20,000 bases of DNA from an uncultured virus (IMG/VR IMGVR_UViG_3300021197_001482) (lineage: Duplodnaviria; Heunggongvirae; Uroviricota; Caudoviricetes), in IMG/VR virus record IMGVR_UViG_3300021197_001482; one strand, written 5' to 3'. The translations under genes were made by a program, and so were the position numbers. This document shows positions 18,530 to 20,000 of the stretch, one piece after another; within the stretch, counting starts at the first letter, position 1, and each line of letters starts with the position of its first letter. A model generated the notes under the pieces. It ran no database searches and was not told the origin of the DNA. It was given only the letters and a program-made list of their open reading frames with translations.

Positions 18530-20000
18530 AATACTTCGGCACTGCGTCACTTGCTAAAACCTTGATTGATTTTGGCATAATCTTGAGTGTTGATTTAACC
18601 ACACCCTTGTCTTCGGGGATTTGTAACGGTGCTTCGATAATGTAGTAATCATCAATCAATAACACCATTTTTTCACCAGTAAGGTTCTTTTCAAATATGA
18701 TACGGATTTGGTTGGTAGTTGAATTACCCTCACCATTGACACTAAACTCGGTTCCTGTACGCATTTTATGATAGAAAAGTGGGTCATCAACTGCAATCTC
18801 CATAGTCATTTCATACGATGTTTGACCTTCAACCATGAGGTTTGCGTTTCTTGCACCAGCAAATGGCACTTGGTCGCCATAAGCAGAAGTTGATTGATAA
18901 TGCCCGTTGATAGTATGGAATGCTTGCATACCTGTTTGTCCGGTTAATGAAAAGTTCATGACTTGAGCAACTTGTTGTCCAGCCAATGTGATACTACCAT
19001 TGTAAAACATAAACGGTTTCTGTGTTCCCAATGCAATGCCGGAGTTAATACGACCTTGCGCTGTATTAGCGGTATCGTCAAACATACGGTGAGAAGCGTA
19101 GCGAGTAATTGGTGTTCCCTCTAAACGACCAGTATCGGTGTAGCAAAGAGCCGCATTGAAGTTGACTGAAAGGCGTAGTGCCGCATCGTTGTCGGTTGTC
19201 ATGGTAAAGTCTGTAACCTTACAGCCACGGAAAACACGAGTCAATTCTTTTGTATCTCCAACTCCACCATCAACAGTGGTTTCATCCGAATCCATATCTC
19301 TTCGGCGTTGAGATACTTCAAGAGCGAATGAAGGTTGAGTAGTGCGTGAGAAAAGTAATTTTTCAACTGGATTAGTAATGACACCCGCTGATGTTACTAT
19401 AACAGGTAAAGAACCCGTAGTATCGGGGTCACGAACTTCTATATCAGTACCGTTTGCATGAGGGTAAAGCAACGGTTCATCCAAGTATAGTCTGTTGTCA
19501 ACTGATGAAATACCAATGACTCTTCGTACTTCATGCGGTTTAGCGTTGTCAAACTCAAAGTCGGTAAGTGTACCATCCCATGTACCACCATCGGGTTCAT
19601 GGTCGCTTACAATAGGTACGAGAGGTAATTCATCACGGATTTCAATATAATCATTCACCGCAATGCCCGTTTTACTCGTTACAACGATATGTGATTGTCC
19701 AGCAAAAGACTCCGCAGAAAGAGTAGTTGCTACACTACCACCATCGGGTGATGAAATCAATTCATGTCCAAGACAGTATTTCAACCATCGAGCAGAATGC
19801 ATAGCGACTTCAAATGAGCCACCTTCATTGGTAAGTTTGCCGGGAACTTGTACACTTACATCTCGGCCAAGCCCTACAACATGAAATCGCTTCAAGTCCA
19901 CTTTAGTTTCCGGTAGAGTAAGAGCCGTAGCAATACCCAAGAACTGGTCTGTTTTGACTGATTCACCTGCTGTCGTGTGTGTCATATCTACATTCATTGG
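18528..20000 (-). CDS. Major tail tube protein (non-contractile, Phage_tube_2-like two-domain type) with an inserted beta domain; probably 5'-truncated (at least 489 aa)
   Basis: Tube motifs: EGGSFEVAMHSARWLKYCLG; PSFALEV...RVFRGCKVTDFTMT...LRLSVNF; PFMFYNGSITLAGQQVAQVMNFSLTG...EGQTSYEMTMEI. The frame is open to the window edge, so the Met at 19997 may be internal. Confidence 0.8.
   Translation of the reverse strand, partial: PMNVDMTHTTAGESVKTDQFLGIATALTLPETKVDLKRFHVVGLGRDVSVQVPGKLTNEGGSFEVAMHSARWLKYCLGHELISSPDGGSVATTLSAESFAGQSHIVVTSKTGIAVNDYIEIRDELPLVPIVSDHEPDGGTWDGTLTDFEFDNAKPHEVRRVIGISSVDNRLYLDEPLLYPHANGTDIEVRDPDTTGSLPVIVTSAGVITNPVEKLLFSRTTQPSFALEVSQRRRDMDSDETTVDGGVGDTKELTRVFRGCKVTDFTMTTDNDAALRLSVNFNAALCYTDTGRLEGTPITRYASHRMFDDTANTAQGRINSGIALGTQKPFMFYNGSITLAGQQVAQVMNFSLTGQTGMQAFHTINGHYQSTSAYGDQVPFAGARNANLMVEGQTSYEMTMEIAVDDPLFYHKMRTGTEFSVNGEGNSTTNQIRIIFEKNLTGEKMVLLIDDYYIIEAPLQIPEDKGVVKSTLKIMPKSIKVLASDAVPKY

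Noticed and set aside
18528..20000. Contractile tail sheath, tailocin or contractile injection system interpretation
   Set aside because: The motifs fit a non-contractile tube protein, and no sheath, wedge or spike gene appears between tube and tip. Genes outside the window cannot be assessed.

Overview
The whole window is one tightly packed, minus-strand tail morphogenesis operon of a tailed dsDNA virus (Caudoviricetes, non-contractile/sipho-type). It is most likely an archaeal virus, plausibly magrovirus-like (Marine Group II/Poseidoniales host). That host call is an inference from GAGGTG(A)-type ribosome-binding sites, roughly 42% GC, a mostly non-acidic proteome and avoidance of CTAG/GATC/AGCT. 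Gene order in the direction of transcription (right to left): major tail tube protein (5'-truncated), SAP-domain acidic protein, tail assembly chaperone G with a G-T extension (candidate -1 frameshift at GGGGGGTTT plus hairpin), a very short 345-aa tape measure protein, a Dit-like protein with a large insertion, and a giant ORF. The giant ORF is missing from the ORF track. It starts at 15139 and is stop-free to the left edge (about 5,000 codons, interrupted by a 100-N gap), with an N-terminal LamG-like domain and dispersed beta-rich modules. A manual scan also found apparent total avoidance of several short motifs (GATC, AGCT, CTAG, ACGT, CGCG, GCWGC, YCWGR). No RNA genes, CRISPR arrays or mobile elements were seen. 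All product calls rest on motifs and synteny; no database search was run.
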